Source: an uncultured Candidatus Saccharibacteria bacterium
GTDB taxonomy: Bacteria > Patescibacteriota > Minisyncoccia > Phycocordibacterales > CAZNKJ01
DNA length: 64,000 bases
Direction of reading: 5' to 3'
Assembly: GCA_964574145.1 (NCBI GenBank)
Contig: CAZNKJ010000001.1
Coordinates: 16,852 to 80,851, forward strand
Below, in pieces: positions 29,161 to 39,047 of this stretch (the stretch's first letter is position 1; each line of letters starts with the position of its first letter). A program made the translations under genes and the position numbers. The notes beneath the pieces were generated by a model that worked only from the letters and a program-made list of their open reading frames with translations, had not been told where the DNA came from and did no database searches.

Positions 29161-29180
29161 TGATTTGATTGTACTTATAT

Positions 29181-30698
29181 ATGTTTTATGGCTTTTTAAA
29201 AAAAATAAAGACATTTTCAGAAAAGTTTGGCTTGAAAAAAAGTCTCGTTGCGGGGGCTGTTTTGATTATCTTAGTTTATTTTTTAGTTGGGTCTTTTAAG
29301 AAGAGTTTTGTTGAGTTGCCTGTAAATCTACCTGTCGTTGTGAATATAGCAAGTGTTCGTAGTTTAAGTGAAGAGAGGGAAGCATTGTCGGTTCTAGGAA
29401 AGGTGATGTCCCAAACAGAAGCAAATATTCAGACAGAGTCTCGTGGGCAGATTACTCGAGTTCTATACACTTTGGGGGATAATGTATATGCTGGTGCTGT
29501 GATTGCTGAGCTTAGAAATGTTTCAGAAAGAGCAAATGTGAGACAGGCCCAAGCTGTGCTGGATAATTTGGTAAAAAGTTCTTCGCGGGAAGAATCAGAT
29601 GCACGTACTGGAGCCATTAATGCATACAGAAATATTTTCACTTTAGCTTCAGACGCTATTTTTAATCGAGCTGATCAATTTTTTGATAACCCCCAAACAT
29701 CTGCTCCAAGAATAAACATAAGTTTTTTTGGTGTTGGTGATATCAACAAAAGACGTTCTAAGGTTGGTGAAATACTTACAGGTTGGCAGAGAGGTCTCAA
29801 AAATATTTCACTGGAAAGTGATCTATACAAACAGATTGATCAAGTAAAACAAGATTTGTTTATCATACAAACTTTTTTAGTAGATTTGTCTGGTTCGGTG
29901 AATAGACAAAAAATATCAAGCTCTTTATCTCAAAATTCGCTTGATTTACAGAAATCTTCCATATCTATAGCTCGGTCTAATATAGACGCTGGTATTATAA
30001 GTCTTACAAAGTCTGAAGACAGACTAAATAGCACGAGATTGCTTTATGGTAAAGAGTATGTGAGTGAGAAAAGTGAAAAAATTGCTGTTGCAAAAGCAGC
30101 TTTGTCCTCAGCTCAGGCATCTCTTGAAAAAACTATTGTTAGGGCACCGATAAGCGGTACTATTAACATGCTGAAGCTTGAATTGGGAGATTTTGTATCG
30201 GCATTCACACCAATAGTGACTATTGCAAATAATGATGCGTTACAGATTGAGTCGTTTATTACAGAAGATGACAAAGCAGATCTAGCTGTTGGGAGTAATG
30301 CCCTCATAGACGGTCGTTATAAGGGTATCATTATACGTATTGCTCCGGCACTAGACCCTCGTACAAAAAAAATCCAAATTAAAATTGGGATTAAAGATAA
30401 AAATACGAATCTTATAAATGGCGAATCAGTTGAAGTATTGTTAGAACGTAGAGCAGGTGTTTCAAATAGAAAAGAGGTTGAGATTGCTATTCCTCTCTCT
30501 TCGCTAAAGGTTATGTCAAACTCAACAATAGTTTTTACAGTGGATAAGGATAGCCGTTTGGTCGCACACCCTGTCCTTGGGGGATTGATTCTGGGTGGGA
30601 AGGTTATTATTAAAGAAGGGATTACTCAAGATATGTTTATTGTTCTTGATGCTCGTGGGTTAAGGTCTGGACAAGAAGTGGAGGTTGTTTCTAACTAA
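29181..30698 (+). CDS. RND efflux membrane-fusion (adaptor) protein with long coiled-coil hairpin
   Basis: N-terminal TM; lipoyl-like halves (RGQITRVLYTLGDNVYAG; VRAPISGTI); RIAPALDPRTK; IPLSSL. Confidence 0.85.
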   Translation: MFYGFLKKIKTFSEKFGLKKSLVAGAVLIILVYFLVGSFKKSFVELPVNLPVVVNIASVRSLSEEREALSVLGKVMSQTEANIQTESRGQITRVLYTLGDNVYAGAVIAELRNVSERANVRQAQAVLDNLVKSSSREESDARTGAINAYRNIFTLASDAIFNRADQFFDNPQTSAPRINISFFGVGDINKRRSKVGEILTGWQRGLKNISLESDLYKQIDQVKQDLFIIQTFLVDLSGSVNRQKISSSLSQNSLDLQKSSISIARSNIDAGIISLTKSEDRLNSTRLLYGKEYVSEKSEKIAVAKAALSSAQASLEKTIVRAPISGTINMLKLELGDFVSAFTPIVTIANNDALQIESFITEDDKADLAVGSNALIDGRYKGIIIRIAPALDPRTKKIQIKIGIKDKNTNLINGESVEVLLERRAGVSNRKEVEIAIPLSSLKVMSNSTIVFTVDKDSRLVAHPVLGGLILGGKVIIKEGITQDMFIVLDARGLRSGQEVEVVSN

Positions 30699-30702
30699 TT
30701 TT

Positions 30703-33700
30703 ATGTATAACATCTGGAGTTTTTTTATACACAAAAGTCGTTTCAGCTATTTATTTTTAATTACATTAGTTGGTTTTGGATTTTTCTCAGTATTAACTAT
30801 CCCAAAAGAATCTGCTCCTGAGGTTCAGATACCTGTTGGTACAGTTACCGTCACTTTTCCAGGAGCTTCTGCCCTGGATGTTGAGAAGCTTGTTACTAAC
30901 AAAATAGAAGAAGGATTAGAAGGAGGCCTTGATAATCTAGATAAGATTGTTTCTTCTTCACAAGAGGGGGTTTCTGTAGTAACAGCTAAGTTTAATGCAG
31001 ATGCTGACATTGATGTGTCTATTCAGAAGCTTCGTGAAGAAGTTGATAAAATCAAACCAGAACTTCCTACTAATTCTAACGATCCGATTATTTCGGAAAT
31101 TAATTTTGTTGACCAGCCTATTATCACCATAGCAATTTCTGGCAATCTCTTACCTCAAGAGTTTGTTCAGTTAGCGCGAGAGGTTAAAAGTAGAATTCTT
31201 AGTATTCAAGGTATCTCAAAAGTGAATATTTCCGGTATGCGAGATCGGGAAGTTCAGGTGATTGTTAATAAGGACGCCCTTAATACATTTGATTTACGTC
31301 TAGTTGACGTTGTTGGGGCTATACGGTTAACAAATAGTGCTTTACCAGTTGGGTCTATTACGGTTGATGATGTTAAATATAATATTGAATTTGCTGGTGA
31401 TATAAGGGAGCCGTCGGAAATCGCCGATATCGCTGTGCTTTCGTCTGCAGGGGAACCCGTTTATGTTCGTGATTTTGCCTCAGTGTTTGACGGGCTAACA
31501 AAAGTGACCACTCTCTCTAGAGTAAGTGTGAACGGCAGTCCGTCGCAATCCGCTCTTTCTCTTAATGTTTTTAAAAACACAGGCGGAGATATAACAAAAT
31601 TAACAAAAGAGGTTCGTGGCGCGTTTGAGAATATGCAAAAGGAAGGAGAGATTCTCAGCGATACGGATGTTTTAGTTGTTTTTGATAGAGGGAAACTTTT
31701 AAAGAAGGATCTTACTAATCTTAGTCGGTCGGGATTACAAACCATTGTTCTTGTGATGGTAATTCTTTTTCTTACTATTGGGTGGAGAGAAGCTTTAATT
31801 GCTGGAAGTGCCATACCATTATCTTTTCTGATAGCTTTTATTGGGTTGTTTAATTTTGGGAACACTCTCAATTTTGTCAGTCTTTTTGCTCTTATTTTAG
31901 CCATCGGAATTTTGGTTGACTCAGCTATCGTTGTTGTAGAAGGTATTCATACTCACATGAAGAAAGGTGTGGGGAAGAAGGAGGCATCCTTACTTGCTAT
32001 AAAAGAGTTTCATTCACCTCTTACTTCTGGGACTCTTACTACTGTGGCTGTGTTTGCGCCACTTTTTTTAATATCAGGCATAACTGGAAAATTTATTGCA
32101 AGTATTCCATTTACTATTATTTTTGTTTTACTGGCTTCCCTTTTAGTAGCTTTAGGTCTCGTTCCTCTAGTCGCTTCAGTGGTCTTACGTAGAAGAACAA
32201 TAGGTGCAGTTGAAAAGTGGCAAGAAGTTTTTATAACTAAACTACAAATTTGGTACAAATATTATCTATTGCGTATTTTGGGGTATCGAAATCGCGAGTA
32301 TATATTTATGGGCAGTCTTCTTATTGTATTTACCCTGACCCTTATGTTTCCTTTGGTAGGCTTGGTGAAGGTGGAGTTTTTTGGACAAGAGAATGTTGAT
32401 TGGGTTGTTGTTGGAGTAGAGAAAACACAGGGAACAACCTTAGGTGACAGCGATTTTGAGGTTAGAAAGGTTGAAGAGCTTCTTTATAACAAACCATACA
32501 TTGAATCTTTTTTAACAACCGTTGGTCGCTCCAGCGCTTTTATTGGAGACGGAGGTGTCTCTAGAGATTCTAAACTTGCTAATATATTCATAACCCTGCG
32601 TCCAAAACGAAACCTTACAAGTACTGAGATAGTTAATGATTTACGTCGCACACTTTCTTCTATACGCACGTCTAGTATTAAAGTCAGTCAGCCAAATTCT
32701 GGTCCGCCTGTCGGCGCACCAATATCAATTTCTTTTTTAGGAGATAATTTAGAAGAGCTTGATAGAGTTGTTTCTAACGCTGCGGGTTTGTTGACAACGA
32801 TTCCCGGCACTACAGAAGTTTCAACAAGCGCACGTAATGATAATACAGAATTTGTAATTACTGTAGACAAAGCGCGGGCAACAGAACTTGGACTTAATTC
32901 AAATATTCTAGCTCAAACGTTAAGAGCTTCTGTGTATGGGGCAAAAGCTACAACAATAAAAAATTTTAGTGAAGATATAGATGTTGTTGTTAAGTTAAAC
33001 CTGAACTCGGCATATCGTAACCCCCACGACACTTCGCGTACGACAATAGACACTATACGTCAGATGGGTATTGGGACAGCTTCTGGTCCAGTGTTGCTCG
33101 GCTCTATAGTGAACATTTCTCTTAAAAAGAGCAGTGCTGTGATCCAACATGAAAGACGTAAACGAGCGGTCGTTCTTTCAGGGCAACTTGTTGAAGGCGC
33201 GAACACTCGGGAAGTAGTTGCGCAATTTCGTTCACGATTAAACGAAATTAAAGTTCCAGATGGAATATCTGTTATTGTCGGCGGGGAAGATAAAGAAGAG
33301 AGTCAGTCTTTTCGTGATATGTTTTGGGCTTTGGTTCTAGGAATCATTCTGATGTTCACGATTCTTGTGCTTCAATTTAATTCATACAGATATGCTATCT
33401 ATGTATTAATGATAGTTCCATTTTCTCTTATTGGTATTATGTTTGGGTTGGCATTAACCGGCAAAGCTTTGTCGTTTACTTCCATTATGGGTTTCATAGC
33501 TTTGTCGGGGATAGTTGTGAATAACTCCATTATTCTTATAGACAAGATGAATAACTTGCGAAAAAAGAATCCAGAAAAACCCTACAAAGAATTAGTTGTA
33601 GAAGCTTCTACTGCACGCTTGCGCCCGATCGCCCTCACAACCTTAACGACAGTTATTGGAGTCATTCCACTCATTTTTGTTTCTGAGTTATGGGCACCGT

Positions 33701-33816
33701 TGGCTTACGCTATTATGTTTGGGCTCTCGTTCTCTGTCATTATTACTTTGTTTTTAATCCCTGTTATCTATAATCGTTGGCCGGGTGGGGGGCGGGAGGA
33801 CAAAAAAATAAGTTAA
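30703..33816 (+). CDS. AcrB/AcrD/AcrF-family RND transporter
   Basis: PGASALDVEKLVT, AIGILVDSAIVVVE, LSGIVVNNSIILID, RLRPIALTTLTT. Confidence 0.92.
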   Translation: MYNIWSFFIHKSRFSYLFLITLVGFGFFSVLTIPKESAPEVQIPVGTVTVTFPGASALDVEKLVTNKIEEGLEGGLDNLDKIVSSSQEGVSVVTAKFNADADIDVSIQKLREEVDKIKPELPTNSNDPIISEINFVDQPIITIAISGNLLPQEFVQLAREVKSRILSIQGISKVNISGMRDREVQVIVNKDALNTFDLRLVDVVGAIRLTNSALPVGSITVDDVKYNIEFAGDIREPSEIADIAVLSSAGEPVYVRDFASVFDGLTKVTTLSRVSVNGSPSQSALSLNVFKNTGGDITKLTKEVRGAFENMQKEGEILSDTDVLVVFDRGKLLKKDLTNLSRSGLQTIVLVMVILFLTIGWREALIAGSAIPLSFLIAFIGLFNFGNTLNFVSLFALILAIGILVDSAIVVVEGIHTHMKKGVGKKEASLLAIKEFHSPLTSGTLTTVAVFAPLFLISGITGKFIASIPFTIIFVLLASLLVALGLVPLVASVVLRRRTIGAVEKWQEVFITKLQIWYKYYLLRILGYRNREYIFMGSLLIVFTLTLMFPLVGLVKVEFFGQENVDWVVVGVEKTQGTTLGDSDFEVRKVEELLYNKPYIESFLTTVGRSSAFIGDGGVSRDSKLANIFITLRPKRNLTSTEIVNDLRRTLSSIRTSSIKVSQPNSGPPVGAPISISFLGDNLEELDRVVSNAAGLLTTIPGTTEVSTSARNDNTEFVITVDKARATELGLNSNILAQTLRASVYGAKATTIKNFSEDIDVVVKLNLNSAYRNPHDTSRTTIDTIRQMGIGTASGPVLLGSIVNISLKKSSAVIQHERRKRAVVLSGQLVEGANTREVVAQFRSRLNEIKVPDGISVIVGGEDKEESQSFRDMFWALVLGIILMFTILVLQFNSYRYAIYVLMIVPFSLIGIMFGLALTGKALSFTSIMGFIALSGIVVNNSIILIDKMNNLRKKNPEKPYKELVVEASTARLRPIALTTLTTVIGVIPLIFVSELWAPLAYAIMFGLSFSVIITLFLIPVIYNRWPGGGREDKKIS

Positions 33817-34056
33817 GTTATTTTATTCGTCAATATGTTTTTTTATTGGGCATACGTGTTTCTAGTAGAGTAATTCAGTTTGCAGTTTTTCTGATTAGTA
33901 GAGGAACTAATGTGAAAACATTAGGAGAAGAGGAGTTTGTAGATAAATTTGTCTTTTTTATTTCTAAATTAAAAATAGAAATTTGTCCTATAAGTAACGG
34001 TATTAGAAATCGCGCACGTTTCACTGATGTATTTTTAATATAAAGAAGTTTTTATC

Positions 34057-35217
34057 TCATTGAGACTTTTTATTGAGAGAGTTTAATAATAATTTTGTTA
34101 GGAGAGGGGCAGTTGTTAGATTAAAAGCCTGTGATCGTAATAGAAGATTCCCTGCGAGAAGTTGTTCAAAAGTTGTTCCATTTTCTTTTATAAGATTTCT
34201 ATTTATATAGGCGGGTGTGAGTGCGCGTAGTTCACGGTTTAGCACTAGAGCGTTAGTTGTGCTGGTAACAATGAGCCCAACTAGAGAATCGTCTTTATTT
34301 ATTATCGCTCCGCCTGAAGATCCTCGTTGAGCAGCGATGTTTCCTAGCATACCAAAGAGATCAAGAAAATTGTCTCCAAATGTAAAGAGTGTTCCCACTG
34401 ATGTCTCTGTTGATACGAGATACAGGCTGTCTTTTACAGCCTGACTCTCTGCTATGATTGCAGGGTAACTTATTACAAATACTGAATCTTTTTTCTTTAC
34501 AACTTCCTCACGTGTATTGATTTGAATATATGGAAAAGAAGAAGGAACCAAAATATCTTTCTCAATTGATTTTGTAATATAAAGCAAGGCATAATCTTCT
34601 TTTCCCGTTCCGGAAGGGTTTTTTAGTGTAAGACTGTCTGAATTAGCTTGTATCCAAGTAATAGGGATGTATAGAAGAGAGGCCTCGTATGTATCTCTGG
34701 CAGGATTACCTGTTCGAATGGAGCATTTTGTCGCATCTTTTTTTGGATAATCAGTGAGTAGGAAATATTGGGCGATATGTGCGTTGGTGAGAATAACTCC
34801 TTGTTCGCTTACAATGACACCACTTCCAGTTACTGTTTGAATAGATCTCTCTTTTCTCGTTTCGCAAAATATATTTACAACAGCAGACCGAGCTTTTTTG
34901 TTAATAGTAGCAGGAAAGTTTACCGTTTTTTGTGGTTTTTTGCTCACTGGAGCAGTTATAGTTTTTTTTGTAGGCTTTTGGTTTACTACTGTTTCTTGTT
35001 TTTGTTTAGTTTCTAGCCCTTTTGATTTAATTTGCTTCGGGTATTCTGTGGATATATTAGTTTCAGCTTCTGGGGTATGTTCCTCTGGCAGAGGTGCTTG
35101 TAGGGGGGCGTTCTTGTTTGTTTGAGAGACATCTCCACTAAAGAAGGCTGAGATGGTAAGAAAGACAGCCGCTACGATAGAAAGAACCCCTTTTAAGATA
35201 TTAAAAATAACAGGCAT
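34057..35217 (-). CDS. Secreted trypsin-like (S1) serine protease
   Basis: GSGVIV...LTNAHIA (His), EDYALL (Asp), RGSSGG (Ser); N-terminal anchor and low-complexity linker. Confidence 0.85.
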   Translation of the reverse strand: MPVIFNILKGVLSIVAAVFLTISAFFSGDVSQTNKNAPLQAPLPEEHTPEAETNISTEYPKQIKSKGLETKQKQETVVNQKPTKKTITAPVSKKPQKTVNFPATINKKARSAVVNIFCETRKERSIQTVTGSGVIVSEQGVILTNAHIAQYFLLTDYPKKDATKCSIRTGNPARDTYEASLLYIPITWIQANSDSLTLKNPSGTGKEDYALLYITKSIEKDILVPSSFPYIQINTREEVVKKKDSVFVISYPAIIAESQAVKDSLYLVSTETSVGTLFTFGDNFLDLFGMLGNIAAQRGSSGGAIINKDDSLVGLIVTSTTNALVLNRELRALTPAYINRNLIKENGTTFEQLLAGNLLLRSQAFNLTTAPLLTKLLLNSLNKKSQ

Positions 35218-35379
35218 ATAATTTTTTCAGTATACCATTTCTGTATAAAGGGATGTTTCAGTTTTAGTTGGTCTAGATTAAACAAAAAGTAAATTATATA
35301 AGAGAAAGTAGTGTTTATTTAATTCATTTCAGGAACAGGCAGGTCTTATTTTTAATTATACAATTTTGCTTTTTAGAGG

Positions 35380-35407
35380 TTGACAATTATGTCACAAAGT
35401 GTATACT
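35380..35407 (+). promoter_or_regulatory. Near-consensus sigma70 promoter
   Basis: TTGACA-N16-TATACT, with a TGACA-N4-TGTCA palindrome over the -35. Confidence 0.7.
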
Positions 35408-35523
35408 CTAGTAGTAGAACTTGGTTGGTTTCAGCCGAGTTTTTATATCGGCATCTTTTTTAGGTGCCATCTATTATCAGGATTTTAACTGCTTATGTGG
35501 TTGGAATTAACTGAATATTCATT

Positions 35524-35634
35524 ATGAATCCAGAAGAGAACACAACTCCAGAGGGAGGTGAGGCTACTACTACTCCTGCTGAGGGAGAGACTACTGAAGC
35601 TCCTGCTGAGAATAATGGTGAGGCAGCTGCCTAA
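35524..35634 (+). CDS. 36-aa acidic low-complexity peptide
   Basis: MNPEENTTPEGGEATTTPAEGETTEAPAENNGEAAA*; own promoter and terminator; strongly biased codons (GAG, GCT, ACT, CCT). Confidence 0.65.
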   Translation: MNPEENTTPEGGEATTTPAEGETTEAPAENNGEAAA

Positions 35635-35650
35635 CTATTAGTTCACAAAC

Positions 35651-35685
35651 AAAAGCCCTGTCTTATGACAGGGCTTTTGTTTTTT
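35651..35685 (+). terminator. Intrinsic terminator
   Basis: AAAAGCCCTGTC-TTAT-GACAGGGCTTTT followed by GTTTTTT. Confidence 0.8.
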
Positions 35686-35713
35686 ACTAAATTTCAGTTA
35701 CTATATACAAACT

Positions 35714-35784
35714 GCGGGTATAGTTTAGTGGTAGAATGACTGCCTTCCAAGCAGTATACGGGAGTTCGATTCTCCCTACCCGCA
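35714..35784 (+). tRNA. tRNA-Gly (UCC)
   Basis: GCGGGTA/TACCCGC acceptor; ACTGC-CTTCCAA-GCAGT anticodon arm; TTCGATT T-loop. Confidence 0.93.
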
Positions 35785-35931
35785 CAAGATATTCCCTGTG
35801 CTTTCAGTGTAAAAAGTTTCTGCACGGAGTTTAGTATTTAAAGTCATTACTAAGTAGTGAGGTTGCTAATTTGTGTGGAAGGACAGTGAGTTTTTTATTG
35901 AGATTAATTTATCTAAATTTATATAAGCACA

Positions 35932-35960
35932 TAAAAACCGCCCTTTATGGGCGGTTTTTA
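35932..35960. terminator. Bidirectional intrinsic terminator downstream of hup
   Basis: TAAAAACCGCCC-TTTAT-GGGCGGTTTTTA. Confidence 0.8.
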
Positions 35961-35977
35961 TGTACAGTGACAATACC

Positions 35978-36250
35978 TTACTTAACAGCATCTTTCAAAG
36001 CTTTTGCGGCACGGAACTTTGGTACGCGCATAGCTTGGATTTGAATGCTTTCTCCGGTACGAGGGTTACGACCCTGTCGTGCTGGTCGCATTTTGGTTGA
36101 AAAAATACCAAGACCTGCGATAGAAACTTCATTACCACCTTTGAGATCCTCAATGATGGAATTTACCATTGTGTCAACAGCTCGCTCAGCGTTTGCTTTT
36201 GTGTCGCCAAGCACTTCGTGTACTTTGTCAACAATATCTGCTTTGTTCAT
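35978..36250 (-). CDS. hup: Histone-like DNA-binding protein HU
   Basis: MNKADIV...AGLGIF...RQGRNPRTGE...PKFRAAKALKDAVK. Confidence 0.96.
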   Translation of the reverse strand: MNKADIVDKVHEVLGDTKANAERAVDTMVNSIIEDLKGGNEVSIAGLGIFSTKMRPARQGRNPRTGESIQIQAMRVPKFRAAKALKDAVK

Positions 36251-36343
36251 AACAATATATGTGGATTTAGTATGAGTAAATCTCGACCTTATTAATCAAC
36301 GAGCCCTTGTTAGCCCTAAGCTTGGCTACAAGTTCTGGAATTA

Positions 36344-36371
36344 AGTATATAGACTGCCATTTTTTACGCAA
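36344..36371 (-). promoter_or_regulatory. hup promoter
   Basis: TTGCGT-N16-TATACT on the minus strand. Confidence 0.55.
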
Positions 36372-36548
36372 CTTGAAAGTCTTAATAACCGTAGCGTTGT
36401 ATTTGAACAATGTTTTTCTGGTGTGTATGAACGGGTTTTCTTTTTAGTTAGACAGACTATTTGAATATAAGTAGTTTTATACTGAATAAGGCTGAATTAT
36501 GGTCATAAAGGAGGGTATATGGCAGTTTTTCGTTGCTAAGAGGGGTGT

Positions 36549-38078
36549 TTATCTAGCGTATTGGAGTGCCCGTGTTTCTCGAATTACTGCAATTTTTATT
36601 TCACCAGGGTATTTTAATTCACTTTCTATACGTAAAGCTATATCTCTGGCAATCTGAAGGGTTTTTATATCAGATACTTTCTCAGGTGTTACAAATACAC
36701 GCACTTCTCGTCCTGCTTGGATTGCAAATGATTTCTCAACTCCCTCAAAAGAATTCGCAATATCTTCAAGATCACCGAGACGTTTAAGATAACTTTCAGC
36801 GGTATCGTGTCGCGCGCCAGGACGTCCTCCAGATATGGCATCTGCTGCTTGAACAATAATTGACTCTGGTGTTTCGTAAGGGTACTCCTCATGGTGGGCC
36901 TGCATAGCCTGTATGATTGTCTCATCTACATGAAATTTCTGAAGTACCCTTCGTCCGATTTCAACATGCGTACCTTGGACTTCATGGTCTAGAGCTTTTC
37001 CTATATCGTGTAGTAAAGCTCCAGCCTTAGCAGTATTAACATCAACCCCTAACTCCTCGGCAATTATCCCAGAAATATGTGCCATCTCGATTGAGTGTTG
37101 AAGCACGTTTTGTCCGTAACTAGTTCGAAAATGTAATCGTCCAAGTATGGTGAGAAGTTTTGGATCTAAGTTTAGAATGCCACATTCGTAAGCAGCTTGC
37201 TCACCTTTTTCTTTCATAACATGATTTATCTCTTCTCGCGCTTTTTCAACAAATTCTTCAATTTTAGCTGGCTGTATTCGGCCATCTATAATGAGATTTT
37301 CAAGCGCGACACGTGCGATTTGTCGTCGAACGGAGTCAAAAGATGAAAGAGTTATAGCCCCTGGGGTGTCGTCAATAATGATATCTACTCCAGTAGCGCG
37401 TTCCAACGCTTTTATATTTCGCCCTTCTTTACCAATGATTTTACCCTTCATTTCATCGGATGGGAGCGAGACTACTGTTGTCATTACATCGGAAGGGACT
37501 GAGTTACTTAGTCGATGTATCGCTGTAGTCAGTATCTCTTGAGCTTTTTTTTCAAGACGTTCCCGTCCAGCGTTCTCTAATTTTTGCAGTCGAGCCATAA
37601 TATTTTCTTCTTCTTGTTTCTCAACTACCTCCATAAGCTCTACTTTTGCTTCTTCTGTAGAAAGTCGAGCAATTTTCTCGAGTTCTTCATTTTTTCTTTC
37701 CTCAATTTCTTCTGCTTTTCTTTTAATCTCTTGAATTTCTTCAGTCTTATGTTTGACTATTTCAATCTCTTTGTCGATATCAATTTGGCGTGTATCAAGA
37801 AATTCTTCTTTTTTAATCAAACGTTTCTCATTTGTTTTTATCTGGACGTCTCTTTCTTTAAGTTCTTGTTTTCTTTCTTCCACTACTTTATTTGCTCTAG
37901 ATTCCGAACTTTCTTCTATAAGCTTTGCTTTTTCTCGCGCCTCAAGCATCATTTGTTTGATCTCAAGTTCCATGGAGCCACGTTTACCCAACGAAATGAT
38001 CCAGCGTAGAAAATAACCAAAAGCCGTTCCAAAAAGTCCAGAGAGAAGTAGAAGCACTAGTGCTATTTTTAATGACAT
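36549..38078 (-). CDS. rny: Ribonuclease Y
   Basis: N-terminal TM and coiled coil; KH domain (MKGKIIGKEGRNIK); HD domain (RTSYGQNVLQHS, LLHDIGK, ADAISGGRPGAR). Likely start 38078. Confidence 0.96.
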   Translation of the reverse strand: MSLKIALVLLLLSGLFGTAFGYFLRWIISLGKRGSMELEIKQMMLEAREKAKLIEESSESRANKVVEERKQELKERDVQIKTNEKRLIKKEEFLDTRQIDIDKEIEIVKHKTEEIQEIKRKAEEIEERKNEELEKIARLSTEEAKVELMEVVEKQEEENIMARLQKLENAGRERLEKKAQEILTTAIHRLSNSVPSDVMTTVVSLPSDEMKGKIIGKEGRNIKALERATGVDIIIDDTPGAITLSSFDSVRRQIARVALENLIIDGRIQPAKIEEFVEKAREEINHVMKEKGEQAAYECGILNLDPKLLTILGRLHFRTSYGQNVLQHSIEMAHISGIIAEELGVDVNTAKAGALLHDIGKALDHEVQGTHVEIGRRVLQKFHVDETIIQAMQAHHEEYPYETPESIIVQAADAISGGRPGARHDTAESYLKRLGDLEDIANSFEGVEKSFAIQAGREVRVFVTPEKVSDIKTLQIARDIALRIESELKYPGEIKIAVIRETRALQYAR

Positions 38079-38130
38079 AATAATTACTGGTTTGCTCATT
38101 TTCATTGTGTTCAACAAGAAAAAAGAGCAG

Positions 38131-38292
38131 GAAATCTTACCCCTCAGTACCTATTTTATAGCTTAGTTGACGTGTTTGTTTTCTGAAAGAATCGTAAAAA
38201 TGTTTTAAAAAGTATATATTTTATGTACGTTTTATTATCTATCTATTCAGAGTCAACTTACGAACAAGGTTGTACCAAAATGGGTGAGTTTC
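38131..38292 (-). ncRNA. ssrS: Probable 6S RNA
   Basis: 162-nt rod: closing stem GAAACTCACCC/GGGTAAGATTTC, GTAC/GTAC, central bubble of about 13/14 nt, inner stems AGTTGAC/GTCAACT and TCTGAA/TTCAGA. Upstream TGTTACAGT extended -10; lies directly upstream of rny. Confidence 0.6.
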
Positions 38293-38345
38293 AAAATATT
38301 AACAACAAATAATGAAGTATGGTCTCACTGTAACAGAATTGGGCT

Positions 38346-38389
38346 TACACAGCAATCAGCGCTCCTTAAGGAGCGCTGATTGCTGTGTA
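38346..38389. repeat. Perfect 44-bp palindrome downstream of clpP
   Basis: TACACAGCAATCAGCGCTCCTT|AAGGAGCGCTGATTGCTGTGTA. Confidence 0.85.
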
Positions 38390-38405
38390 GAGCCAATATT
38401 TATTA

Positions 38406-39008
38406 TTATTTAGTTTTTAAGATTTCATCCACGATTCCATATTTTTTTGACTCTTCAGCAGTCATAAAGAAATCGCGCTCAACATCTTTTTCAATCTGTG
38501 TCAGTGATTTGTCAGTGTGTTTGGCAAGAATTTTGTTGAGACGGTCTCGAACAGAAAGAATATGTTTGGCAGTTATCTCAATATCAGTTGCTTGTCCTTG
38601 AGCACCGCCCCATGGTTGGTGTATCATCACCTCGGCGTTTGGAAGGATAAAACGTTTCCCTTTTTTGCCAGCTGCAAGAAGTACTGCAGCTCCAGAAGCG
38701 GCTATTCCCACACATACAGTCGATACGTCTGGTTTAATGTAGTTCATAGTGTCAAGCATTGCCAGAGTGGCGGTTACAGACCCTCCTGGTGAGTTGATAT
38801 AGAGACTGATACCTTTTTTAGAATCCTCAGATTCTAGAAAAAGGAGTTGTGCAATTATCAAGTTTGCTGAATAGTCTTCTATAGGTCCACTGAGAAAGAT
38901 AATCCGGTCTCTTAGTAGTCGTGAATAGATATCAAATGCTCTTTCGCCAAACTGTGATTTTTCCACAACAACAGGAACAAGTTGGTTTTGTATAATATTT
39001 TTTTTCAT
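38406..39008 (-). CDS. clpP: ATP-dependent Clp protease proteolytic subunit
   Basis: [42 protein letters not shown]. Confidence 0.96.
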   Translation of the reverse strand: MKKNIIQNQLVPVVVEKSQFGERAFDIYSRLLRDRIIFLSGPIEDYSANLIIAQLLFLESEDSKKGISLYINSPGGSVTATLAMLDTMNYIKPDVSTVCVGIAASGAAVLLAAGKKGKRFILPNAEVMIHQPWGGAQGQATDIEITAKHILSVRDRLNKILAKHTDKSLTQIEKDVERDFFMTAEESKKYGIVDEILKTK

Positions 39009-39047
39009 AGATTGATTATAACGTGCTTCTATATTTTTTAAAATAAA

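Noticed and set aside
33777-34043. 88-aa ORF between the RND and protease genes
   Set aside because: TTG start overlapping the RND gene; composition resembles AT-rich intergenic DNA.
35413-35634. tmRNA (tag-like AAA C-terminus)
   Set aside because: No tRNA-like GGGG 5' end or T-arm/CCA 3' end, and the ORF has its own ATG.
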